From IMG/VR virus record IMGVR_UViG_3300037504_000366: 20,000 nucleotides of DNA; one strand, given 5' to 3'. This document shows, in pieces, positions 9,488 through 17,687 of the stretch (within the stretch, counting starts at the first letter, position 1; each line of letters begins with the position of its first letter). The notes beneath the pieces were generated by a model. The model did not search any database and had not been told where the DNA came from. It saw only the letters and a program-made list of their open reading frames with translations. The DNA comes from an uncultured virus (IMG/VR IMGVR_UViG_3300037504_000366) (lineage: Duplodnaviria; Heunggongvirae; Uroviricota; Caudoviricetes). Position numbers and translations under genes: made by a program.

Positions 9488-9701
9488 CATCACCTGCGCG
9501 TCTTGCGGGGAAAAGGCCCCGCACCACGCATACGGAAAGTGTAGAACTTGCTATGACCGCGAGGATCATCCCGAACGCCCTACTGGTTTCTGTCGGTCTC
9601 CGGAATGCCCTCGCTACGGTCAGCCTGTAACAATCTGGGCACTTGGTAAGTGTCACACATGCTACATGCGTGACTATAGACGTGAGCGATCTGCACCTTA
9701 A
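9477..9701 (+). CDS. small Cys-rich double zinc-finger protein
   Basis: Two CxxC..GKCxTCY modules; AGGAGG SD. Confidence 0.65.
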   Translation: MPSNITCASCGEKAPHHAYGKCRTCYDREDHPERPTGFCRSPECPRYGQPVTIWALGKCHTCYMRDYRRERSAP

Positions 9702-10056
9702 AGCCAACCCCGACTTTGTCGAGCCTCTTGACAGTCTCGTGATCGAACTCGACCAGGATGTTGTTTCTCAGCATCCACGTCTTACCGCCATCTGCTATAC
9801 CGCCGCAGTCAGTAACCAGGCAGAGCATCCAACCTGTCTCCCCTGGCACCCTTGCCCATAGCAAGTCCCCTATTTCGTCACGGTACGGTCTGGCCACAAA
9901 GCAATCCACTCTCGGTAACTTCTGCGGCAGATCGTAAGCAGTTAGCCCAGCTTGCCTGGCCTCAATCGTGGCCTCCATAACACCGGGATTGTACTGAGAG
10001 GCGTGCCCCTCCTCAACCCCACCGATAAGCAACAACAAAATCGCCAGTATTGTCAT
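9580..10056 (-). CDS. secreted DPBB (RlpA/barwin-like) protein
   Basis: Hydrophobic N-terminus, GHASQY, CFVA, IGDLLW, CLVTDCG, LVEFD. Confidence 0.55.
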   Translation of the reverse strand: MTILAILLLLIGGVEEGHASQYNPGVMEATIEARQAGLTAYDLPQKLPRVDCFVARPYRDEIGDLLWARVPGETGWMLCLVTDCGGIADGGKTWMLRNNILVEFDHETVKRLDKVGVGFKVQIAHVYSHACSMCDTYQVPRLLQADRSEGIPETDRNQ

Positions 10057-10379
10057 CGACGGGCCTTTTTGTATTTGTACTTAATTTCCACTGGCGTTTT
10101 AACAACGCCAGCATCTTTCTCCAGGCCCTCGGCGAGTTGGAGCGCCTTCTCGATCGCTGGATCGTCCTCTTTTATCAAACCGAGGTCAATGACGGTAAAC
10201 CCGCTCTCGCGTCCGTGGATAATCGTCGCTGCCATTACCTTTCCACCGGTGTCTAGATGCACCCTGTACGTATTTACTCCATTGTCCCAACCATCGTCTA
10301 TCTTGACATGATCTATGCCCGAGTCGGCCAGAACATCGTCGAATGTCCTGCTAACTTCCTCTGGTATTACGATTGGCAT
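10053..10379 (-). CDS. hypothetical protein
   Basis: AGGAGG SD; overlaps neighbours. Confidence 0.7.
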   Translation of the reverse strand: MPIVIPEEVSRTFDDVLADSGIDHVKIDDGWDNGVNTYRVHLDTGGKVMAATIIHGRESGFTVIDLGLIKEDDPAIEKALQLAEGLEKDAGVVKTPVEIKYKYKKARR

Positions 10380-10714
10380 TCGATCTCCTCCTTTAAGGAC
10401 TCAAGGAACTCAATCTCTTCTTCCGCCGCTCTGATAGCCTCGTCCTGATCGGGCCTTGTTCGCTCCATTTCGAGCTCATATCTTTGATATGGCGTGTTGC
10501 GACAATAGGACTTACCTCTCTTGGTGACAGGGCAATCCTTACATTCGTCATCTATGAACAGCATACACAGCCCGCACGTGCTTGTGCCTCCGCACTGAAC
10601 AGGACCGTTCTCTGCTATGAACTCCCACTTTTCGATAGAGAGCTCGATGGCCTCGATAGCTGTCCTTGGCTCTGGACCAAAGTATTCCAGCGTGCTATCT
10701 ATTATGCGGAACAT
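10367..10714 (-). CDS. Cys-rich phage protein
   Basis: SIEKWEF...CGLC...CKDCP...YC. Confidence 0.7.
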   Translation of the reverse strand: MFRIIDSTLEYFGPEPRTAIEAIELSIEKWEFIAENGPVQCGGTSTCGLCMLFIDDECKDCPVTKRGKSYCRNTPYQRYELEMERTRPDQDEAIRAAEEEIEFLESLKEEIECQS

Positions 10715-10905
10715 TCTATCTCCTCATTTGTGAAGGGGCCATAACGGCCAGTGGTTGGGTCAGGTCCCATATCTTTCCACCAGGATCTGCACTTATCACA
10801 CTTGCACGTGTATGGATGTTCACTCGACTCCAGGAAGTCATCGGAGATACCGACTAGCTCTGCGTACCTCTCTAAGAAGCCCTGTAGCCCTTGCGCTCTT
10901 CTCAT
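10702..10905 (-). CDS. small hypothetical protein
   Basis: GGAGG SD; HPYTCKCDKC. Confidence 0.65.
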   Translation of the reverse strand: MRRAQGLQGFLERYAELVGISDDFLESSEHPYTCKCDKCRSWWKDMGPDPTTGRYGPFTNEEIECSA

Positions 10906-10908
10906 ATG

Positions 10909-11388
10909 TCACCTCCAGTAACTCTCGCCCTCGAGCAACCTGCCAAGAACGTAGTTATCTAGCAGGTACTCTAGCGCTGTGCGATACAGCAATTCGACAT
11001 CTGGACGTACGTTAGAGTGCTTACTCCATACCCTGAGCCACCCGTTGACTGGTGACTCTGGGTCAAATAGAAACCTGATGCTCCGGTCCCCGTATGACAC
11101 CTTCCAGTGGTATGCGAGCAGCACTGTCCAGATGTCATCCCACTCCTCCATCAAGTATCCATCAAGGACATAGTTGCCCTCCAACATCCCGGCCCAGGGC
11201 TCTGCTGAAAAGATTCCCTGCCAGAACACAGCAGGGTTCCACCTCTTGTACCAGTGGCGTTTCAGCCTGCTGAATTCTGATGGGATCGTCAGGTCCAGCA
11301 TTCTTTCCTCTAGCTCCTCTAGGTCCACATCGTCCGGGATCGGAATGCATATATTGGTTAAGCTCATTTTATCCTCGTCGATGTCCAA
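10909..11388 (-). CDS. hypothetical protein
   Basis: ORF in the packed minus-strand run; start uncertain. Confidence 0.6.
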   Translation of the reverse strand: MDIDEDKMSLTNICIPIPDDVDLEELEERMLDLTIPSEFSRLKRHWYKRWNPAVFWQGIFSAEPWAGMLEGNYVLDGYLMEEWDDIWTVLLAYHWKVSYGDRSIRFLFDPESPVNGWLRVWSKHSNVRPDVELLYRTALEYLLDNYVLGRLLEGESYWR

Positions 11389-11732
11389 GGCCCATTCCTA
11401 ATGAACAGATTATATCTGCTTACAAGCGCGTCCTTTATTCTACTCATCTGTCGACGGCAGTGCCTGGCCGCGATGCCGGGGTACGGAGACCTGCTGCTAA
11501 CTCCGCACAGAACCACTTGCGACCACTGGTTGGAGCCAACGCAAACCATAAACAGGTTGTTTTCTGCTACGATCTGTAGGCCGTCTCTTGTGATCGGGCG
11601 GTCGTGCTTGAACACGCTATCAAAGCACGCGCTCACCACGTCATCTACCAGCTTCTCGTAATCCGCCTCGACGTAAATCATACTCCAGTCCGCCCAAAGG
11701 TCATTGTTCGGCAGAAAGTTTCCAGCACCCAT
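11364..11732 (-). CDS. hypothetical protein
   Basis: Likely start ATG 11732 (MGAGNF) after GAGGAGG. Confidence 0.65.
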   Translation of the reverse strand: MGAGNFLPNNDLWADWSMIYVEADYEKLVDDVVSACFDSVFKHDRPITRDGLQIVAENNLFMVCVGSNQWSQVVLCGVSSRSPYPGIAARHCRRQMSRIKDALVSRYNLFIRNGPWTSTRIK

Positions 11733-11750
11733 TTGGTCCTCCTCATATTT

Positions 11751-11792
11751 CAACAGAAACACCCCAGAGGCCGCAAGACCTCTGGGGGTTTT
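11751..11792 (-). terminator. intrinsic terminator after ssb (possibly bidirectional)
   Basis: CCCCAGAGGTC-TTGC-GGCCTCTGGGG followed by TGTTTCTGTT. Confidence 0.6.
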
Positions 11793-11805
11793 GAGCCAAC
11801 ACTCA

Positions 11806-12213
11806 CTAGAATGGGATCTCATCCACTTCTGTATCCACAACCGCTCCGCCAGACGCGACCGAGTCGCCAGGGCTGCCCAGGAACTTGACGGTAAAGGCAG
11901 TCAATTCGTAGGACGCGCCGGGCGATCCGTCATTTCGGTTGAACACCTTCGGGCCGCCTGTCTCGGGGTCGGGATTCATACGACCCTCGACCATTACCTG
12001 GCGTCCCTTGCTCAGGTACTCATTGCAGGTTTCGGCCAGCCGCCGCCACGCCGAGATGCGGAACCAGGTGGTGCGCTCTTGCTGGACGCCGTCTTTGTCT
12101 GTCCAGCGCTCATTGGTAGCAACCGGGAACGATACCACCGGCGTGCCCTCATTGGTGTAGCGCAACTCAGGGTCTTGGCCCAAATTCCCGATAACAATAA
12201 CCTTCTGATACAT
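11806..12213 (-). CDS. ssb: single-stranded DNA-binding protein
   Basis: IGNLGQDPELRYT, VATN, TTWFRISAW, YLSKGRQVMVEGR, C-terminal DEIPF. Confidence 0.97.
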   Translation of the reverse strand: MYQKVIVIGNLGQDPELRYTNEGTPVVSFPVATNERWTDKDGVQQERTTWFRISAWRRLAETCNEYLSKGRQVMVEGRMNPDPETGGPKVFNRNDGSPGASYELTAFTVKFLGSPGDSVASGGAVVDTEVDEIPF

Positions 12214-12272
12214 TTCCACTCCTCTTCTTAAAGTTTTTTTGCTCTTAATCCCTTATCCGCCGAAGGCGGTTT

Positions 12273-12629
12273 TCACCCTATTCCCTTGACAGCAACATCG
12301 TACTTCTCGTAGCCCTCCGTCTCTGGCAACAGGTCTCTGTATATCTCCTCCAATGCAGACTCGTCTCTTCCCTCCGAATTTACCTCCATACGCTCGAGAT
12401 GCTCGTTTCGTCTCGTTACATACCTTGCTCCGGCCAAGGACTTGTCCGTCGTAACCATTTCGATCTCTGCGTCTCCCGCCCATTTGGTAACGTGATATAC
12501 GATATATACCGGAGACCCTCTTTCTAGCCACTCGCGGATCTCCTCCATTAAGTCGTCAACACCTGGCGGTTTGCCTCTAGTAAGAATGCACCACTCGATT
12601 GCCCTGTAGGCCCTGCGCAGCAGTTTCAT
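12273..12629 (-). CDS. hypothetical protein
   Basis: AGGAG SD; ATGA overlap. Confidence 0.65.
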   Translation of the reverse strand: MKLLRRAYRAIEWCILTRGKPPGVDDLMEEIREWLERGSPVYIVYHVTKWAGDAEIEMVTTDKSLAGARYVTRRNEHLERMEVNSEGRDESALEEIYRDLLPETEGYEKYDVAVKGIG

Positions 12630-13006
12630 AAACATCTCCTTGTGATCTTTACCTCATCGGCTACGATTGTCCCGGAAACCGGAACGGTGTCCGCCCCAAC
12701 TGGCATCAGATCCCCTCTCCACAGGGACTCGACACTATCTGTGTCGAGCCATCGGATATCCAGAATCCGCCTGGGCCTTGTTGGGTTCTTCACCTCGCAC
12801 TTCCATATCTCTATGCTGTACCACACCCTATCTGGATGGCCCGACGCGAATCTCTCCGCGTCTGCAAAATTATCGAACACCATCAGGGGTCCGTGGGGAT
12901 TACTCACAAACTCATTCTCGATATATGTTGTACATAGCGGATTGAATATTGCTATTGGCGAGGTCAGTGTCCCGCTCTCGCTGTCTCTTGCAAGCACTTT
13001 ATACAT
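12626..13006 (-). CDS. paralogous family protein, copy 1
   Basis: YK..LTS..Y..GPLMVF..IWKCEV..ILDI..GTIVADEVK. Confidence 0.75.
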   Translation of the reverse strand: MYKVLARDSESGTLTSPIAIFNPLCTTYIENEFVSNPHGPLMVFDNFADAERFASGHPDRVWYSIEIWKCEVKNPTRPRRILDIRWLDTDSVESLWRGDLMPVGADTVPVSGTIVADEVKITRRCL

Positions 13007-13021
13007 TTTTGCCTCCTGTTA

Positions 13022-13094
13022 CTTGGCCTGGTGGACTCGAACCACCCTCTTGTCGGTTTTGGAGACCGACCGGTTTACCCCTACACAAGGCCAA
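13022..13094 (-). tRNA. tRNA-Trp(CCA), weak D stem, no encoded CCA end
   Basis: TTGGCCT/AGGCCAA acceptor; TCGGT-CTCCAAA-ACCGA; GGTGG-TTCGAGT-CCACC. Confidence 0.78.
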
Positions 13095-13107
13095 TCGCGG
13101 TGATAGG

Positions 13108-13180
13108 CGGGGCCAGCGGGATTTGAACCCGCGTTACCAGCTTGACAGGCTGGCGTGCTAGACCGCTGCACTATGACCCC
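13108..13180 (-). tRNA. tRNA-Asp(GTC)
   Basis: GGGGTCA/TGGCCCC, G73; CCAGC-CTGTCAA-GCTGG; normal D and T arms. Confidence 0.95.
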
Positions 13181-13189
13181 AAGCTCTAG

Positions 13190-13262
13190 CACCCTCAGTG
13201 CGACTCGAACGCACAACCTACAGATTAGAAGTCTGTTGCTCTATCCATTGAGCTATGAGGGC
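13190..13262 (-). tRNA. tRNA-Arg(TCT)
   Basis: GCCCTCA/TGAGGGT; ACAGA-CTTCTAA-TCTGT; normal D and T arms. Confidence 0.95.
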
Positions 13263-13453
13263 GTATCTTTTATCACCCACCCAGCGGCCTCTAGCCCTGG
13301 CCGCATCTTCTCCCAGGTGGACTTCTTTGGTGCTAGCCATCCCACTCTATAGTACCCATACGGTGTGTCTGGGTCATCATCGTCTACCCTGACTCGCATC
13401 CAAAGCTCTCCATCGGTGTCTGGGTACGGGCCGGTAACTGTCGCTGTAATCAC
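13253..13453 (-). CDS. small hypothetical protein (stop lies inside tRNA-Arg)
   Basis: Fills the gap between the XRE gene and the tRNAs. Confidence 0.5.
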   Translation of the reverse strand: MITATVTGPYPDTDGELWMRVRVDDDDPDTPYGYYRVGWLAPKKSTWEKMRPGLEAAGWVIKDTPS

Positions 13454-13459
13454 TCGTCA

Positions 13460-13834
13460 TCAGCCTCTCATCAACCTGCTCAGAGCGTAGTATAGCTCTC
13501 TCCAGGCCTCCTCTGTGTGGCATCTGTTTTTGCAATGGCGCTCGACGATAGTGAGGACGTGAACCATATCGGGATTGACCTCGTTGTGTTTCATAAAATC
13601 CACAAAGCTGGGAGCGTAGCCCTGATAGTTCTCAGGTACCTCCACGTCTCTAAGTAGCTCTGAGACTGTGGTCCCGTACACGCTGGCGATGTTGGCCAAC
13701 GTCGCAATACTTGGCCCGACCTTGCCGTTCTCCAGATCGGACAGAAACCCGATCGAGAGTCGTGTTCTACGGCTTAGATCCTCGAGCGTGAGCTTGTTTC
13801 TCTTGCGCAATGCGTGTAACTTTGCTCCTAGCAT
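13460..13834 (-). CDS. XRE/Cro-CI family HTH regulator
   Basis: LRKRNKLTLEDLSRRTRLSIGFLSDLENGKVGPSIATLANIA. Confidence 0.92.
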   Translation of the reverse strand: MLGAKLHALRKRNKLTLEDLSRRTRLSIGFLSDLENGKVGPSIATLANIASVYGTTVSELLRDVEVPENYQGYAPSFVDFMKHNEVNPDMVHVLTIVERHCKNRCHTEEAWRELYYALSRLMRG

Positions 13835-14223
13835 CAGATCCCCTTCTGCGGCAGAACCAGTTTCGTTAACTTGATTCTGTCCACAAGTATCGTGTTATTC
13901 ATAGCTCCCATAGTTTTGTAGTAGAGCGATAGGGCTGGCCATCCTATGTGCTCGTCTGCCCAAAAGCTTTGGAAATCCTCCCTCTTTATGTGCCTATATG
14001 TTATGTCCAGTACGCGTCTCGCGGGTCTTGGATTCTCAACCTCGCACTCCCAAACCTGCTCGTGCGAGGCAAGCAGCGGGATCTGGTCCTCGAATACCAT
14101 TATTGGGCCTGTGTCTGGCGCATCGATCCACACGTACGGCGTGTACTCTATGGCAGCCGACGTGTCCTGCCAGGACATTAGCTTGCGGTTGTGTAATCTA
14201 ACCAGCTTTAGATACGGGAGCAT
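13834..14223 (-). CDS. paralogous family protein, copy 2
   Basis: YLK..LMS..EY..GPIMVF..VWECEV..VLDI..NTILVDRIK. Confidence 0.75.
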   Translation of the reverse strand: MLPYLKLVRLHNRKLMSWQDTSAAIEYTPYVWIDAPDTGPIMVFEDQIPLLASHEQVWECEVENPRPARRVLDITYRHIKREDFQSFWADEHIGWPALSLYYKTMGAMNNTILVDRIKLTKLVLPQKGI

Positions 14224-14614
14224 GAGCGATCCTCCTTATGGGCTTGATGGTATCACACACCACTATGCCTGGCGGCGGCGTTAGGAGAACCAGTGGATCG
14301 AGATGATATCTGTCATTTGGATCCATCTTCCAAAAGTCCTCGACTTCCTTGTTGCACGCCAGTGCCAAATCCAGGACCTGGTAGCACTCTCTTGTGTTGC
14401 CAGCACTGCACTCCCACACCTGGGCAGTGCTGCAACCGAGTGAGTCTCTGTAATCCAGTGCCTCTCTTGCGCTTCTGTACGCGAACATAGGTCCGTATGG
14501 CGAGACGTTAGTCTCATTGATCCTGTATCTCAGCGCCAGGTTGGACGGTGTGGCGGTGGATGTTAGACCGTTCGCCGGTGTCCATAAAAATGCCTTGTAT
14601 ACTAGTGACTGCAT
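14198..14614 (-). CDS. paralogous family protein, copy 3
   Basis: YK..LTS..RY..GPMFAY..VWECS..VLDL..GIVVCDTIK. Confidence 0.75.
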   Translation of the reverse strand: MQSLVYKAFLWTPANGLTSTATPSNLALRYRINETNVSPYGPMFAYRSAREALDYRDSLGCSTAQVWECSAGNTRECYQVLDLALACNKEVEDFWKMDPNDRYHLDPLVLLTPPPGIVVCDTIKPIRRIAHAPVSKAG

Positions 14615-14874
14615 TGCCCACCTGTCCTATGGCAGGACGGGCACCGTTCAGGGGCTGGCCTATCAAGCACCCACTCGATGCTCTCTTTCATACCGGCAGG
14701 GAGCCCGTATATTTCCTCGATCCTGATACGGAAGTAGCGGACTCTGTCTGCGTCGTATCCATCAATCGCCTCGATCTCCGCTGCAAGCTGTGCACCCAAT
14801 CTGGATTCATAGCTCGGCAGGGCATATGGTCGCTTTCTCGCCTCAAGCTCCCACTCTGTGCCATCATTATTCAC
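14602..14874 (-). CDS. hypothetical protein
   Basis: GGAGG SD; C-terminal CPSC. Confidence 0.6.
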   Translation of the reverse strand: MNNDGTEWELEARKRPYALPSYESRLGAQLAAEIEAIDGYDADRVRYFRIRIEEIYGLPAGMKESIEWVLDRPAPERCPSCHRTGGQCSH

Positions 14875-15388
14875 CGAACACCTCCATTACCCAATCGATC
14901 ACTAGCTCATAAATCCTTATCTCACCTCTGCCAACGGCATTTAACTTTCTGTTAAATGCCTCAGACATCAAAACTGCCCAGGTGTTCGAGCGTTGTATGC
15001 TGTCCCATACCTGCTCGATGTGGGGATAAATCTCTTCCTGCTCTGCAGCTTGCCAGTAGGCATCTTGTGCCATCTCACCCTGCGGCTGCGGGTAAGCCAG
15101 GGCGGATGTCTTTCTGGACATCTTGAGAGCCTTGATGTACAGCTTTATTATGTTGATTAAGTACGAGTCAGAGATAGATTCTATCTTGTGAACCCTCCAT
15201 CTCTTGTCGACCCATACTGGCTCTCGTTTCATTAGGTTCTTGCGAGCCTCCATCAAGTCATCGTGGCTGATCTCTACGCCGTGAGCCCTCAGCCACAGCA
15301 ACTTGTCGATGTTGCCAAGTTGTATATCGCTCTGTAGCATCATCTCGTTGATGTTCATTACAACCCTTTCCAAAGTGCGGGTCCCCAC
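14867..15388 (-). CDS. hypothetical phage protein
   Basis: ISDSYLINII...PQPQGEMAQDA; start uncertain. Confidence 0.65.
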   Translation of the reverse strand: MGTRTLERVVMNINEMMLQSDIQLGNIDKLLWLRAHGVEISHDDLMEARKNLMKREPVWVDKRWRVHKIESISDSYLINIIKLYIKALKMSRKTSALAYPQPQGEMAQDAYWQAAEQEEIYPHIEQVWDSIQRSNTWAVLMSEAFNRKLNAVGRGEIRIYELVIDWVMEVFGE

Positions 15389-15398
15389 ACTCTATTGC

Positions 15399-15653
15399 TC
15401 ACGAGCAGGAATCGTCCACCAGGTGATAGGCCGGCCCGTCCCCAACAAAGGAGCACGTCTGGCCGACGTGAATTGCATCGTAGTCCTCACCATCGGCCAG
15501 AATGATGTACATCTCGGTTAGGTCAAATGTTACCCTGACAGAATACCCCTTGCCCTCTACGTAGCCGTGCTTTTCGATCACCTTCATCCTCTGGCCGCCG
15601 CAGGCGGTTGCGAGGATTGCCACCAATAGCAGTAACACCAATACTTTTTTCAT
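15399..15653 (-). CDS. lipoprotein
   Basis: MKK-hydrophobic-ATAC lipobox. Confidence 0.75.
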   Translation of the reverse strand: MKKVLVLLLLVAILATACGGQRMKVIEKHGYVEGKGYSVRVTFDLTEMYIILADGEDYDAIHVGQTCSFVGDGPAYHLVDDSCS

Positions 15654-16165
15654 TCTGTATGCATCTTTAGTGTTATGTCTTCCAGATACCCGTCACCCTC
15701 TAGAACCGACAGGCTCTGCATCTCTACGCTGGTTAGCTGAATGTCGCAGAACACCGGTCCAAAGAATCTACGCTTCCCCTCTTGCAAGACCGGCCTCCAC
15801 CTGACGACGACCTGGTTGACAAAGACACCGCTTTTGAAGATGCCTTCGTCCTCATCCACGAACTCCACACCCTGTTCGGGTATGAAGTGGACATCCGGGC
15901 TTGTGGACATCGGCATCCAATTAAACTTTACCTCCAGCTTGTCTACGCTACCACCCTGAACAACATGAAAGGTGAATTGAGCGCAGTGATCCAGAGGCAT
16001 TGTTTCAATTGGCTCTGCGCTCGGCATCAGCGTAGGTGTTACATATAGTGAGGCCGGTGGCTCTTGCTCTACAATGAAGTGCCTGGGCGCTTCTGGTGTA
16101 GGGCTCTTGTCTGTACCACACCCAATCAGCAGAACGAGGATCAAGAGTAATGCCACTTTACCCAT
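15650..16165 (-). CDS. lipoprotein
   Basis: MGK-hydrophobic-LIGC lipobox; Pro/Thr linker. Confidence 0.72.
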   Translation of the reverse strand: MGKVALLLILVLLIGCGTDKSPTPEAPRHFIVEQEPPASLYVTPTLMPSAEPIETMPLDHCAQFTFHVVQGGSVDKLEVKFNWMPMSTSPDVHFIPEQGVEFVDEDEGIFKSGVFVNQVVVRWRPVLQEGKRRFFGPVFCDIQLTSVEMQSLSVLEGDGYLEDITLKMHTE

Positions 16166-16592
16166 CGCGGCTCCTCAATTCATCGATCAGTTCGCCCACT
16201 GTTTTAACCCGGCGATTGTCTAAATGGTCGATATCATCAGGATCAGCCAGATTGTTATTGATCAAAATCATGCGCTCAACTAGCTTGACCACGTCCTCCC
16301 TGGTTATACCCCCGCTGTTGTACACCGGCCCGGTGGCATAATAGATCCGGAACTCACCGGCCACTGGCTCGTCGATCCATTTCAACTCGCCTCTGTCCGC
16401 CAGCCCGGCCACTAGCGCCGATACTACTTCTTGCGTTGCCCAGTATCGCTTCGCTCGGGCAGCGTGCTTTACCTCTAGGGTGGTGGTGACCCTGCTGGTG
16501 TCGAGGATCTCTTCTACGATCCCTCGCACAGCCCCGAGTGTCAGTTCATCCCAGCTTGCCTTTTTTGCTTCGTCACTTACTGTCCAAACCAT
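16158..16592 (-). CDS. wHTH-like phage domain fused to an RpoB-derived segment
   Basis: C-terminal [41 protein letters not shown] matches the RpoB DDIDHLGNRRVRxVGEL region. Confidence 0.75.
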   Translation of the reverse strand: MVWTVSDEAKKASWDELTLGAVRGIVEEILDTSRVTTTLEVKHAARAKRYWATQEVVSALVAGLADRGELKWIDEPVAGEFRIYYATGPVYNSGGITREDVVKLVERMILINNNLADPDDIDHLDNRRVKTVGELIDELRSRDG

Positions 16593-16839
16593 TACGTTCT
16601 TCTTATCTCCCGTTACTGCTACAACCCTCTTGTCCCTGTATGCCAGATCAGGTGCCTCTATCTCTGCGTTACCAGCATCTTCTACCTCAATACCAGCCGC
16701 CCCTATAGCTTACGGTGCCCTTCTGCGGCAGAAGGTCTATCCAAGGGTGTCTAATGTCTCTTGCTTGTCTGATAGAATCACCTGGGCCTCCTAATAGGTG
16801 AGCCAGACACCTTGCCTATACCTGACAGTGAATTTGTCC

Positions 16840-17037
16840 TCAGTCATCTAGATCGCTCTCCATACTCTTGCTTCCTTTGTCATACTTGGCACTTAGCGCC
16901 CGGGCGCTGTCCCTCACCTCTTTCATCCCGCTCACATCCCCCTCTTTGGCTGATTCCACAGCCTCGGATACCTGGTCTACAAGATCATCAACGTCATCCT
17001 CAGGCTCTGCCCAATTCCAGAATTGCCACCAGCTCAT
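16840..17037 (-). CDS. small hypothetical protein
   Basis: Likely start MSWWQFW directly after the upstream stop. Confidence 0.5.
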   Translation of the reverse strand: MSWWQFWNWAEPEDDVDDLVDQVSEAVESAKEGDVSGMKEVRDSARALSAKYDKGSKSMESDLDD

Positions 17038-17038
17038 A

Positions 17039-17260
17039 TTAGCCCTTGCGTGGACCTTGACCAGGCAGATCTCCTCTGTCATACGCCCCCTTAATGCGGG
17101 CCGCCCCAGACAGCAACAGATAAAATGCGCCGAACACACCAGAGCCTATAGCGCCATTGAGTAGGGACTCAGCCACTTGCTCGGGCGACATTGCTGAGAA
17201 AAATCCGATAGCAAATAAAACAAAAAACGCAGAACCTACAGGACTACATCCAATCGTCAT
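17039..17260 (-). CDS. small membrane protein (2 TM)
   Basis: AAGGAG SD; two hydrophobic helices. Confidence 0.6.
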   Translation of the reverse strand: MTIGCSPVGSAFFVLFAIGFFSAMSPEQVAESLLNGAIGSGVFGAFYLLLSGAARIKGAYDRGDLPGQGPRKG

Positions 17261-17463
17261 AGCTTTGCTCTCCTTATCTTTGTGGTATACTCTGGCCCGA
17301 ACCCGGCCAGCCATTCTTTCAGGCTCTCTATGCTATTAGACACCTTAACCTCAGTTTTGGTGTCTCTAGTCGCCTTGCCTTGGTTTTTTGATGTCCTTCC
17401 ATCTTGAGCCGAGACATCTGCTGCCGTTCTGTTATGGCGGGCGACTCCTCTATACCATTTCAT
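17257..17463 (-). CDS. small hypothetical protein
   Basis: SD upstream; ATGA overlap. Confidence 0.55.
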   Translation of the reverse strand: MKWYRGVARHNRTAADVSAQDGRTSKNQGKATRDTKTEVKVSNSIESLKEWLAGFGPEYTTKIRRAKL

Positions 17464-17464
17464 T

Positions 17465-17647
17465 TTACCACCCCTCTAGTGTTATCATGAGACACAATGT
17501 CCAAAGTGCGGCAATGCCGATCACCCCTACGACGATACCGACCGCCAGGAGTATCACTTTCAGTGACGCTCCCGATATTAGCATAAACATTCCTAATAGC
17601 ACAATGGGGGTGATGACAGTAACCGCTGCTGCAAGTCCTCTTACCAC
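17465..17647 (-). CDS. small membrane protein (2 TM)
   Basis: Almost entirely hydrophobic; GAGG SD. Confidence 0.6.
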   Translation of the reverse strand: MVRGLAAAVTVITPIVLLGMFMLISGASLKVILLAVGIVVGVIGIAALWTLCLMITLEGW

Positions 17648-17687
17648 CTTTTCCTCCTCTTGTGTACAGGGCCAGGGCTCAGCCGTG

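Larger units (their letters stand above)
1909..16733. repeat. dispersed 13-bp palindrome TTCTGCSGCAGAA
   Basis: Perfect copies at 1909, 5037, 6457, 13844 and 16721; one-mismatch copies at 7089 and 9920. Confidence 0.85.

Noticed and set aside
13019..13352. ORFs 13019-13216 and 13155-13352
   Set aside because: They are translations of tRNA genes.
1909..16733. Palindrome copies as CRISPR repeats or IS ends
   Set aside because: They are kilobases apart, mostly inside genes, with no spacers, cas genes or transposase.
16738..16782. MILSDK mini-ORF as a dCTP deaminase start
   Set aside because: It stops after 14 codons and no downstream dcd motifs were seen.
16593..16847. TAG stop-codon reassignment
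   Set aside because: TAG ends clear genes (2861, 2476, 11806), a TAA also interrupts this frame, and no suppressor tRNA was found.
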